From the NCBI GenBank assembly GCA_937958795.1, contig CALGNA010000066.1:1-38075 (forward strand): 38,075 nucleotides of DNA. Direction: 5' to 3'. This document shows, piece by piece, positions 17,320 through 27,057 of this stretch; position 1 is the first letter of the stretch; each line of letters begins with the position of its first letter. The stretch comes from an uncultured Bdellovibrionales bacterium (GTDB lineage: Bacteria; Bdellovibrionota; Bdellovibrionia; Bdellovibrionales; UBA1609). The notes below the pieces were generated by a model. It made no database searches and was not told where the DNA came from. It worked only from the letters and a program-made list of their open reading frames with translations. Position numbers and translations under genes: made by a program.

Positions 17320-18999
17320 ATGTTAAAAAAATTGTTCCGCTTATCTTCTCTTTTATTTTTCCTGTTATTTTTAAGTGTCACTAGTTTTGCACTCATCGAT
17401 ATGAGAAATGCAAACTACACACAGTCTTGGACAGATCTCGATTATGTAGGGACTGGATTTAGAATGCGCCTTGAAAGAACATATAACAGTCGTTCTCAAT
17501 TTAAAGGCCTATTTGGTTATGGCTGGTGTACAGATTTTGAAACTAAATTATTTTCAGATCCAAACGGTGATATAAGAATTAAAAACTGTGGAGCAGGTAA
17601 AACTGTTTTATTTAGAAAAAGAAATAAGCTTCTATCTAACAGACAGGATATGATTGGACAGGTTCTTTCTAAATACCAAAAAACCTACCCTAGTACATCT
17701 ACTCGAGAACTCAAAAAACTAAAGTCTAAACTCACAAAATCTGATCACTTGCTATCTACTATGATAGAAAACCTACAAATGACATCTGCAGCATCAGATG
17801 GAACCTATATTGCTGTTGGTCAAATTGGTGAAACTCTTACAAAAACTTCAACTGGATTTAAAAGAAAACTTTCAGATGGAAGCTATCAGAGCTTTGATGC
17901 TAAAGGCTTTATTAAAGGAATGTATGATCGCAATAAAAACTATATTAAAATTCAGTCTTTAAACGGAAAAATTACGAGTGTTTTAGATAACTCAGGTAAA
18001 AAATTATTATTTAAATACGATGCAAACTCAGGGCTTGTTTCAAGTGTAAAAGGCTACGACGGAAAAACCATTTACTACAAATATAGTGGTGATGATCTCG
18101 TTTCTATTAAAAACACTTTAGGCACTTATCAAATCTCTTATAAACTCCATAATATCACTCAAATTGTTTTCCCCAATAAGAAAACAGAAATCTTAAACTA
18201 TGATTTTGATAAAGACTGGGTCACTTCTTTTAAACATCAAGATGGGTGTAAAGAAACTTATAAATATCAAGCTGATCCAAAAAGTCCAAGAGATCACTAT
18301 TGGTCAGAAGTTAAAAAACAATGTAAAGGAAAGATTGTAAATCAAAGTCGATACGAATTTTGGTATAAACTCAAAAGAAAATCTACTGACAAATATCTAG
18401 CTCGCGTTTTATCTGAAGTAAATGGATATGTTAAAGACATTTCTTATCACGATATTTTTGGTACCCCGACTCGTATTACAGATGGTCCTACAAAAACCTA
18501 CTTTACCTATTTTGATTCTGGCCTGTTAAAGTCTAAAACAGTGGATAAAATTCGATTTAGTTACGACTACAATACAAGCTGCCAAAAGGTATCTCAGGTT
18601 TCGGTTGAAAACCTTAACAGAGCACCGTCAGCTAAAAGCCAAATCATTAATAAAGCAAAGTCTCAGTTTAAGTATTCTTCTCAAACCTGTGATCTTGTTC
18701 AAGCAAGCACGTCAGATGGCAAAGCTTTTATCTTTGAATACGATAAATCAGGCAGGATTAGACAAATTAAAGATAGGGCTCGTAATGTTCTCGCTTTAAA
18801 GTATATAAAAGACTCTTCTCAACCAGCAAGAGTCTATAGAAAAGGTATTGGGCAGATAAATATTGAGTATGATAAAAGTGGTAATGTTAAAAACGTCTTT
18901 AGCCCACAAGGTGGGCAGGCTGCCCTCCAAGTAGCCTCTACTTTTAATCAAGCCCTTGAAGTCATAGCACCAGCAACTAAAAACCTAGGAAGTATCTAA
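17320..18999 (+). CDS. Secreted YD/RHS-repeat protein without recognisable toxin domain
   Basis: It has a signal peptide. The N-terminal signature is Rhs-type: RLERTYNSRSQFKGLFGYGWCTDFE. YD-type repeats follow: FKYDANSGLVSSVKGYDGKTIYYKYSGDDLVSI, FEYDKSGRIRQIKD, IEYDKSGNVKNVF. Confidence 0.75.
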   Translation: MLKKLFRLSSLLFFLLFLSVTSFALIDMRNANYTQSWTDLDYVGTGFRMRLERTYNSRSQFKGLFGYGWCTDFETKLFSDPNGDIRIKNCGAGKTVLFRKRNKLLSNRQDMIGQVLSKYQKTYPSTSTRELKKLKSKLTKSDHLLSTMIENLQMTSAASDGTYIAVGQIGETLTKTSTGFKRKLSDGSYQSFDAKGFIKGMYDRNKNYIKIQSLNGKITSVLDNSGKKLLFKYDANSGLVSSVKGYDGKTIYYKYSGDDLVSIKNTLGTYQISYKLHNITQIVFPNKKTEILNYDFDKDWVTSFKHQDGCKETYKYQADPKSPRDHYWSEVKKQCKGKIVNQSRYEFWYKLKRKSTDKYLARVLSEVNGYVKDISYHDIFGTPTRITDGPTKTYFTYFDSGLLKSKTVDKIRFSYDYNTSCQKVSQVSVENLNRAPSAKSQIINKAKSQFKYSSQTCDLVQASTSDGKAFIFEYDKSGRIRQIKDRARNVLALKYIKDSSQPARVYRKGIGQINIEYDKSGNVKNVFSPQGGQAALQVASTFNQALEVIAPATKNLGSI

Positions 19000-19277
19000 T
19001 GAAAAAAAACTTAACTCTACTTTTACTTATTTTCTCTACGCTTATTTTTTCTCATATTGCTTTTGGAGAAACATCTAGTACCGCTACTGATGTTTCTGAA
19101 GCTGGTTTAGCTGGCGATTGCAACCCTAATGCAAGCTCTGTAGGTATGTTTGATGATACAACACCTAATGTAACATTAAACAGTACTACCTCTCCTACTG
19201 GAGACGGAGCCACAGAAGGCAGCGGTGACTCTTCTATGCCATCGGGGCTTCCAACAGGACGTCCTCAAGGAAGATAA
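18999..19277 (+). CDS. Small secreted low-complexity (Ser/Thr/Gly/Asp/Pro-rich) protein, translationally coupled to the YD-repeat gene
   Basis: The start overlaps the preceding stop (TAATG, 18997-19001). The signal peptide is MKKNLTLLLLIFSTLIFSHIAFG. The mature ~69 aa lack hydrophobic core residues. A strong terminator follows. Confidence 0.6.
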   Translation: MKKNLTLLLLIFSTLIFSHIAFGETSSTATDVSEAGLAGDCNPNASSVGMFDDTTPNVTLNSTTSPTGDGATEGSGDSSMPSGLPTGRPQGR

Positions 19278-19309
19278 TCTTATTTTTCATATCTATTGAA
19301 TTTCGTAAA

Positions 19310-19335
19310 GGCGGCTTTTTAAGCTGCCTTTTTTT
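19310..19335. terminator. Bidirectional rho-independent terminator between the Tad/YD block and the convergent response-regulator gene
   Basis: The stem GGCGGCTT-TTT-AAGCTGCC has 8 bp including one G-T pair. It is flanked by AAA on the 5' side and T7 on the 3' side. Confidence 0.65.
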
Positions 19336-19338
19336 GGT

Positions 19339-19731
19339 TTACTTACTTTTTTCTATGAGACTTGTTAGTCTTTTTACCAAAGCTTCTCTTTGAAAGGGCT
19401 TCTGTAAAAAATCATTAAATCCCGAGCTTAAGGCTTGGCTGACCACATACTCTGTATGATTTGTTGAGCAGGCCAATACTGGGCTTGTAAACTCTAACTC
19501 TCTCAATTTTATAATAGCATCTAGTCCACTCATGACAGGCATGACTATATCTAGAATAACTAAATCAGGCTTAAGTTCCATACATTTTTCAACAGCTTCC
19601 TGACCGTTTTCAGCCTCAGCAACCACTTCAAAAGAAGTGCCTACACTTAAAAAATTAAGAATAATCTCACGAATAAAGGGGGCGTCGTCTGCGACTAGAA
19701 CTGAGTATTTAGAATCAACAGGTTTGTTCAT
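19339..19731 (-). CDS. Stand-alone CheY-like response regulator receiver protein
   Basis: 130 aa. It has the acidic pair VADDAP, the phospho-acceptor context LVILDIVMP, a conserved Ser/Thr region (LACST) and the Lys motif (QKPF). There is no output domain. Confidence 0.85.
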   Translation of the reverse strand: MNKPVDSKYSVLVADDAPFIREIILNFLSVGTSFEVVAEAENGQEAVEKCMELKPDLVILDIVMPVMSGLDAIIKLRELEFTSPVLACSTNHTEYVVSQALSSGFNDFLQKPFQREALVKRLTSLIEKSK

Positions 19732-19784
19732 AGTCTAATCGTCTCATAAATAATTTTTTTATATAATCAAAACTTACATATAAT

Positions 19785-19815
19785 AAAAAAAAACCCGACA
19801 CTAAGTCGGGTTTTT
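19785..19815 (-). terminator. Rho-independent terminator of groESL
   Basis: The stem ACCCGAC-ACTAA-GTCGGGT is a perfect 7 bp. An A-run on the + strand gives a U-tract on the - strand, about 40 nt after the groEL stop. Confidence 0.7.
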
Positions 19816-19852
19816 AACAAAACTAGTTTAAGTTTTAAACTTAAAATGTTTC

Positions 19853-21803
<1,951 letters not shown>

Positions 21804-21830
21804 TGAATAGACCTCCTCTATTTAATTTCA

Positions 21831-21844
21831 GGGATAAATATCCC
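21831..21844. promoter_or_regulatory. Perfect palindrome GGGATA-AA-TATCCC in the groES leader
   Basis: Read directly from the sequence 28-41 nt upstream of the groES ATG. It is not CIRCE. Its function is unknown. Confidence 0.25.
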
Positions 21845-21860
21845 GTTTTGTTTGAGACCA

Positions 21861-21889
21861 ATATGGAACTATCACACAAAGTGTCAAGG
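21861..21889 (-). promoter_or_regulatory. Candidate heat-shock-type promoter of groESL
   Basis: The - strand reads CCTTGACA-N15-CCATAT. This resembles the sigma-32 pattern CTTGAA-N13-17-CCCCATNT and also has a sigma-70-like -35 box TTGACA. It would give a leader of about 58 nt. Confidence 0.35.
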
Positions 21890-21965
21890 TCCCAGTAGAT
21901 GTATATTTTAAATAGGTCTGTTTTTAGAAAAAAACTCAAAAATAATAAAGACTTAAACCTATTCC

Positions 21966-23156
21966 CTAAGCAGTTGGAGGTTTTATATTTGTCTTGATAC
22001 TAGAAGCAACTAATGGCTCTACATCAACTTTTGTAGCAAGCTTTTTTCTACCACCTGATAAAGGGTCTGAATCAGCCGTAAGTGAGCCCAGGTCCTTCAT
22101 TTTTTGGACCTGAGGAATCAGTCTTCTTTGATAACTTCCCTTAGCTTGAGTCCACGACTCCTGAGCTTTTATAAGATGCGACTCTACTTTTCCAAAGTGA
22201 TTTTCAAAGGATTGTACTCTCTCAAACAGCACCTGAGCTTCCTTAAGTATCTGTTGGGCATTTTCATGAACTGCTTTCTCTCTCCAAGCTAACTCAACAC
22301 TCTTTAAAAAAGAAATAAGACTTGTTGGCGAAACAATATGAACACCCTTTTTAATACCATCTTCGAGAAGAGAAGGATCTTCCTCAAAAGCTCTGTAAAG
22401 CAAGGACTCACTTGCTAAAAACATTAAAACAAAGGGAGCTGAGCCTTGAAAAAGCGAGGGGTAGTTTTTCTGAGCAAGGCTCTTCATATGAGCCCTAAGC
22501 CTTTGAGCTGTAGATTGAGCGGAGACTTTATGGCTCTCCTCTTCTTCAAAACCCAAAGCAGGAGTCTTTGCATCTATAATGACTGAACGCTTACTTGGAA
22601 GCCTCACCACCATATCAGGACGCTTCAAAGACCCTTGAGCCTGAGCTTCCTCTTCAAAGTCTACATGAGGCATCATACCTGCTAACTCTACACATCTCCT
22701 TAACTGAACCTGTCCCCAATAGCCTCTCGATTTTGGATGCGACAAAGACTCTCTTAAAGAAGAGGTTTCTTGGCTAAGCCTAGAGTGGGTTTTACCCAAT
22801 TGCTCAACCTGAACTCTTAGCTCTTTGTATGCACCTTCACGCCTAAGCTCAATATCACGAACCAAACCTTCATAATTTTTTAGGCTTTGCTTCATAGGGT
22901 TTACTAAGGCTTCCAAATGGTTTTTTTGCTGATGAGAGTTTTGTTGAAACTGAATATTTTCTTCGTTTTTGATCTGAGAAAAGCGGCTTAAAAGCACATC
23001 TTGGGACTGACTTAAAGTCTTCAAAGAAAGCTCTTCAAAACTCTTCATCATTTTACTCTTTTGAAAAAAATAAACTATCAGAATAATAAAAATAAAAATA
23101 AGTACAAATAAGGTACTAAAAACGATCAATAGAGGATGAGACATTTCATTAAACAT
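21966..23156 (-). CDS. rmuC: DNA recombination protein RmuC
   Basis: It has an N-terminal TM segment, a coiled-coil region and the RmuC nuclease core motif RPDMVVRLPSKRSVIIDAKTP. Confidence 0.85.
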   Translation of the reverse strand: MFNEMSHPLLIVFSTLFVLIFIFIILIVYFFQKSKMMKSFEELSLKTLSQSQDVLLSRFSQIKNEENIQFQQNSHQQKNHLEALVNPMKQSLKNYEGLVRDIELRREGAYKELRVQVEQLGKTHSRLSQETSSLRESLSHPKSRGYWGQVQLRRCVELAGMMPHVDFEEEAQAQGSLKRPDMVVRLPSKRSVIIDAKTPALGFEEEESHKVSAQSTAQRLRAHMKSLAQKNYPSLFQGSAPFVLMFLASESLLYRAFEEDPSLLEDGIKKGVHIVSPTSLISFLKSVELAWREKAVHENAQQILKEAQVLFERVQSFENHFGKVESHLIKAQESWTQAKGSYQRRLIPQVQKMKDLGSLTADSDPLSGGRKKLATKVDVEPLVASSIKTNIKPPTA

Positions 23157-23748
23157 TTTGAAAGAAGTCCTTTTCTTTGAGTTGCATCAATACATAAGGC
23201 TTTTTTAAAACCTCGATCACTTCAACATTTTTTATATTTAACATTTTAGTTTCTAAATGCTTATTCTGCTTTCCCTTCATCCAAATTCCCTTATCTACTC
23301 TTGGGAAAACTTTTAAATCAGAAGAAGAGTCTCCCATATATTCCACATAACTGCCTTTAAATGTCTCTAATATGAGCTTTGCTTTATTTTCAGAAATTAA
23401 ATTTAAAGTATCTGATGATCCATAATAACCATCAAAAAAAGAATATTTATCCGCAATATACTTAACGCATGACTCCTCAGAACCAGATATTAAATAAATT
23501 TTATATCCACATTTTTTTTTCTCTAAAATATAATCCAAAGTTTCTTGAATCACAGGAAAAAGTAATCTTTCCTGTGGATAAAGTAATGCCAGCTTTTTCT
23601 TTAACAATGGACGACCAATAACGAACCAATAAAATAAATGAAAAAAATAGTAAGGTTTATTTTTTAAAACCCAAAAGCATTTTTCCCATGCCAAATCTAC
23701 TGAATGAAACGTATGATCAAGATCTACTGCTAAAATTTTATTATCCAC
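23149..23748 (-). CDS. HAD-superfamily hydrolase (subfamily IB-like)
   Basis: Motif I is AVDLDHT, and there is a C-terminal GDSSSD motif. It overlaps the rmuC start by 8 nt. Confidence 0.65.
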   Translation of the reverse strand: MDNKILAVDLDHTFHSVDLAWEKCFWVLKNKPYYFFHLFYWFVIGRPLLKKKLALLYPQERLLFPVIQETLDYILEKKKCGYKIYLISGSEESCVKYIADKYSFFDGYYGSSDTLNLISENKAKLILETFKGSYVEYMGDSSSDLKVFPRVDKGIWMKGKQNKHLETKMLNIKNVEVIEVLKKPYVLMQLKEKDFFQNV

Positions 23749-23855
23749 TTAAGCAGTCTATTCAAATTACTTACAAGAAACAAAGAAATACTTGATTAAA
23801 AAATGTACCAATTCAATGATGTTGAAAATCTATTGTATCTTAGTTAAAATAGCCT

Positions 23856-24425
23856 ATGAACATAATATTCGGCTTTGTCTTAGTTTTTTTAATTTCAATT
23901 TTTACATTTGCATCAAACAGTCCTTGCTTTACTAATGAGTGGTCAAAACACGCACCGGACATCAAAAGCTTAGGTCATCTCAAGTTTTTAGGACGCTTCT
24001 CGAAGCTAGAGCATACAGATCGTGATCATGCCTATGGCTACACAATTGAAATCCTAAAAAATAATAACAACTGCCAAGCCCTTATTTTAGATTACAATGG
24101 ACTCTTAGAGCCCTATTACTACGCTCTTTCAAATGAGTTTAACTGTCCTAAACCAGGTAAAAAATTTAAATTCTCTACCTCAAAAGCTCACATGCTAGCC
24201 TTTATGGAAATTGGCCCTAAAGAATACTCAGCTGAATTTAAAGGCAAAATTAAAAAGAACTCTTTAATTGGCAAAATCAGGTTTCATAAACTCAATACAT
24301 TAGGAAAGCCCGAAAAAGAAAAGCTACAACTCAAACCCCTTGAGTCTAAGGGTTATTATCTTCATTCAAGTGTTGAAAATATAAGAAAAATAAAAGGAAG
24401 AAACACCTGCTTAGAAAAATACTAA
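23856..24425 (+). CDS. Hypothetical secreted protein
   Basis: 189-aa ORF with a signal peptide (IFGFVLVFLISIFTFA). I recognise no family. Confidence 0.5.
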   Translation: MNIIFGFVLVFLISIFTFASNSPCFTNEWSKHAPDIKSLGHLKFLGRFSKLEHTDRDHAYGYTIEILKNNNNCQALILDYNGLLEPYYYALSNEFNCPKPGKKFKFSTSKAHMLAFMEIGPKEYSAEFKGKIKKNSLIGKIRFHKLNTLGKPEKEKLQLKPLESKGYYLHSSVENIRKIKGRNTCLEKY

Positions 24426-24475
24426 AAAGGAGAATCTTTTGAATTTAAAGTTATGATTTATTCATAAAAAATAAA

Positions 24476-24551
24476 TGGCTCAGGTGGAGAGACTCGAACT
24501 CCCGACAGGGTGATTAACAGTCACCTGCTCTACCAACTGAGCTACACCTGA
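24476..24551 (-). tRNA. tRNA-Asn (anticodon GTT), CCA encoded
   Basis: The reverse complement folds as a cloverleaf. The acceptor is TCAGGTG/CACCTGA, the anticodon arm is GGTGA-CTGTTAA-TCACC, the T-arm is GGGAG-TTCGAGT-CTCTC, and it ends in a 3' GCCA. Confidence 0.9.
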
Positions 24552-24657
24552 ACTGCCGCAGTAGGTTGGTCGATTTTCTTAACCTTGTCAATATGGCAAT
24601 ATGCTGATTCCTTATAATTTCAACAAAGAATTTTAGACAATAAACCTGCGAGTTTTT

Positions 24658-26721
24658 ATGACATCAACAACACCTGTTCCACCTAAGGCTAAAGAAATCC
24701 CTTATACCCATAGCGAGCATGAGGCTCCTCGAAAAGACTCCTACCACTGGCTTAAAGACAGAGATAACCCCAAAGTCATAGATCATCTTAAAGCAGAGAA
24801 TACTTACTTTGACCAGATCATGACTGACTCAGAACCTCTTATCAAAGAACTTCAAGCTGAATATAAATCGCGAATGCTTGAAGATGATGAATCTGTTCCC
24901 TATATCTATAAGAATTTCTTGTATGAAGCTAAGGTTCAAAAAAACCAGCAACATCACCAATACTGGCGTTCTTCAATAAATGACTCGTCTAAAAGAGAGC
25001 TCTTACTAGATCTGAACACCTGGGCCAAAAAAAACGAAAATGTTTCTCTTGGTAATTTAGTAGTCAGTCCGGATGAATCCAAAGTTGCCTTTAGCATTGA
25101 TGCCAAGGGCACAGAAACCTATGCTCTCTATGTTTATGATATAGCCTCGGGAAAAGAGATCGACTCAAATATTAAACAAATGACGGGATCATTTGAATGG
25201 AGTGCTGACTCAGGTGCCATTTTTTATACCACTCATGATCATATGCACAGGCCCGACAAAGCTTTTATACATAAGCTTTGTGAAGACAACTCCCAAGACA
25301 TTCTTTTGTTACATGAAAGCAATGAAGCTTTTTACATGAACCTACATAAAACCTCTGATGAAAAATTTATTATTATTTCGTTTGGAGATATGGAGTCTAA
25401 TGAATCTTACTACTTGAATGCACTTAGTTCTGATTCACCAACAGTTTCTCTTTTTCTAAAAATGAAATCAAACCAGCTCTACAGTTTAGATCATTTTAAT
25501 CATAACTGGTTTATTACTCATAATAAAAATGCTCTAAACTTTATGGTTTCTAAAACTCAAACTGATAAAATTGATATGTCTCAATGGAATGTGTTTATTC
25601 CCCATCATGATGAAGCCCTTTTTGAAAGTCTTCTTTTCTTTGACAACAAATCTTTTTTTATAAGAAGGGAAAACGCTCAAGAGGTGCTTTATTCTCAAGA
25701 TCTAAATAGCTCTGTACCAGTAGAGCTTAATTTGGATTTAACAAGCCCAGGTTTTCTTTCTTTTGGATCTAATGCTGACCCTCATTTAGACTTCCTAAGA
25801 ATCACTCATCAAAGCCCCATTTCTCCCCCCGCAACTTATGATTATTATTTCAAGACAAAAGAACTAAAACTCATAAAGAAAAAAAATATTCCAAATTTCA
25901 ACTCAGATAATTATATCTGTAAGCGCATATTTGTAACTTCAAGAGACAAGGAACAAATTCCTGTTACTTTAGTAGCAAGTAAAAATAGAGATTTAAAAAA
26001 TATAAATGCAGCTTGCCATGTATATGCCTACGGATCATATGGCAGCACTTATACTCCTTACTTTTCTTCCTCATCCTTAAGTCTTTGCGATAGAAACTTT
26101 TTATTTGTAATTGCACATGTAAGAGGGAGCCAAGCAAAGGGAAGATACTGGTATCTCAATGGAAAACTCAAGCATAAACAAAATACATTTTCAGATTTTA
26201 TAGATGTTACCAAACACCTAATCGATGATGGTTATTGTCATCCAAAAAAGGTCAGTGCTGAAGGAGCAAGTGCAGGCGGCCTCCTTATGGGGGTTATTAC
26301 CAATCAGGCTCCTGAACTCTATCAAAGTATTATAGCTGGAGTTCCTTTTGTTGATGTCTTAACAACACTTTTTGATCCGAATCTTCGATTTAGTCTTTTG
26401 GAGTACACAGAGTGGGGAAACCCTCTTAATAAAGAGTATTTTGATATTATTAGGGCCTACTCCCCTTATGATAATATTTCAGACACAATCTACCCTCATG
26501 TCCTTGCTTTGGCAGGATTTCACGATACTAGAGTTAATTTTTGGGAACCCGCAAAATGGGTTCAGAAATTAAGAGACTTTAACAAGGGAACATCAAAACA
26601 GCTTGTTTTAACTGATTTTGATTCAGGACATTCAGGGTCAACAGGGCGTTATGATAGACTCTTAGAGAGAGCTCAGATACATGGCTTTGTTATTAATAAC
26701 CTTAAGATTTCAAAGTCTTAG
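24658..26721 (+). CDS. ptrB: Oligopeptidase B / prolyl oligopeptidase family S9A serine protease
   Basis: 687 aa. The N-terminus has the pattern ..DSYHWLKDRDNPKVIDHLKAEN.Y typical of protease II. The catalytic Ser motif is EGASAGGLLMG, and the C-terminal region contains D..SGHSG. Confidence 0.85.
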   Translation: MTSTTPVPPKAKEIPYTHSEHEAPRKDSYHWLKDRDNPKVIDHLKAENTYFDQIMTDSEPLIKELQAEYKSRMLEDDESVPYIYKNFLYEAKVQKNQQHHQYWRSSINDSSKRELLLDLNTWAKKNENVSLGNLVVSPDESKVAFSIDAKGTETYALYVYDIASGKEIDSNIKQMTGSFEWSADSGAIFYTTHDHMHRPDKAFIHKLCEDNSQDILLLHESNEAFYMNLHKTSDEKFIIISFGDMESNESYYLNALSSDSPTVSLFLKMKSNQLYSLDHFNHNWFITHNKNALNFMVSKTQTDKIDMSQWNVFIPHHDEALFESLLFFDNKSFFIRRENAQEVLYSQDLNSSVPVELNLDLTSPGFLSFGSNADPHLDFLRITHQSPISPPATYDYYFKTKELKLIKKKNIPNFNSDNYICKRIFVTSRDKEQIPVTLVASKNRDLKNINAACHVYAYGSYGSTYTPYFSSSSLSLCDRNFLFVIAHVRGSQAKGRYWYLNGKLKHKQNTFSDFIDVTKHLIDDGYCHPKKVSAEGASAGGLLMGVITNQAPELYQSIIAGVPFVDVLTTLFDPNLRFSLLEYTEWGNPLNKEYFDIIRAYSPYDNISDTIYPHVLALAGFHDTRVNFWEPAKWVQKLRDFNKGTSKQLVLTDFDSGHSGSTGRYDRLLERAQIHGFVINNLKISKS

Positions 26722-26924
26722 GGCTCTAAACTAGCTGGAATCATCATTTGTGGAATACTGGCTTTTTTGTTCCAATCAACTAAAATTTTAGACACTTGTA
26801 CAAAGGCCAAAGTCAGAAATAGAAGTCTAAATACCCACCACTTTAAGGAAAACCCAGTCTTATTATTATAATTCACGCTTACCGCCTCAAGTACTATTTG
26901 ATTATGATCCATCATTGAATTCAA
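26718..26924 (-). CDS. Possible small membrane protein (doubtful)
   Basis: 68-aa ORF with one hydrophobic segment (WWVFRLLFLTLAFVQV). It overlaps the ptrB stop by 4 nt. There is no other support. Confidence 0.25.
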   Translation of the reverse strand: MNSMMDHNQIVLEAVSVNYNNKTGFSLKWWVFRLLFLTLAFVQVSKILVDWNKKASIPQMMIPASLEP

Positions 26925-27057
26925 GGTGAGCAGGACCTAAGCTGGGGCTCAAAAGTGAAAGTTATGACTCAAATTACTTATTTTTTCTTGTCAGATAAGA
27001 CATTAGGCGATCAAATCGTAAATGTTTAGACTTTTGTCTTAAAAAAGGATTTTTTTT

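Noticed and set aside
19125-19170. The direct repeat CCTAATG(C/T)AA spaced 39 bp apart (in frame) inside the 92-aa gene. It is reminiscent of the repeat-flanked deletions reported for the Bdellovibrio hit gene.
   Set aside because: A 7-nt repeat within about 280 bp of AT-rich DNA is expected by chance. There is no evidence of deletion variants from a single sequence.
21804-21965. A CIRCE (HrcA operator) element upstream of groES.
   Set aside because: No match to TTAGCACTC-N9-GAGTGCTAA was found on either strand by eye. This is reported as an absence, not a feature.
24552-24657. A TGGCA...TGC string (TGGCAATATGCTGA) and a TTGTCA...TATAAT pair upstream of ptrB, considered as sigma-54 or sigma-70 promoters.
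   Set aside because: The GG-to-GC spacing is about 8 nt rather than the required ~12. The TTGTCA/TATAAT spacer is 22 nt, which is too long. Neither fits a functional promoter geometry.
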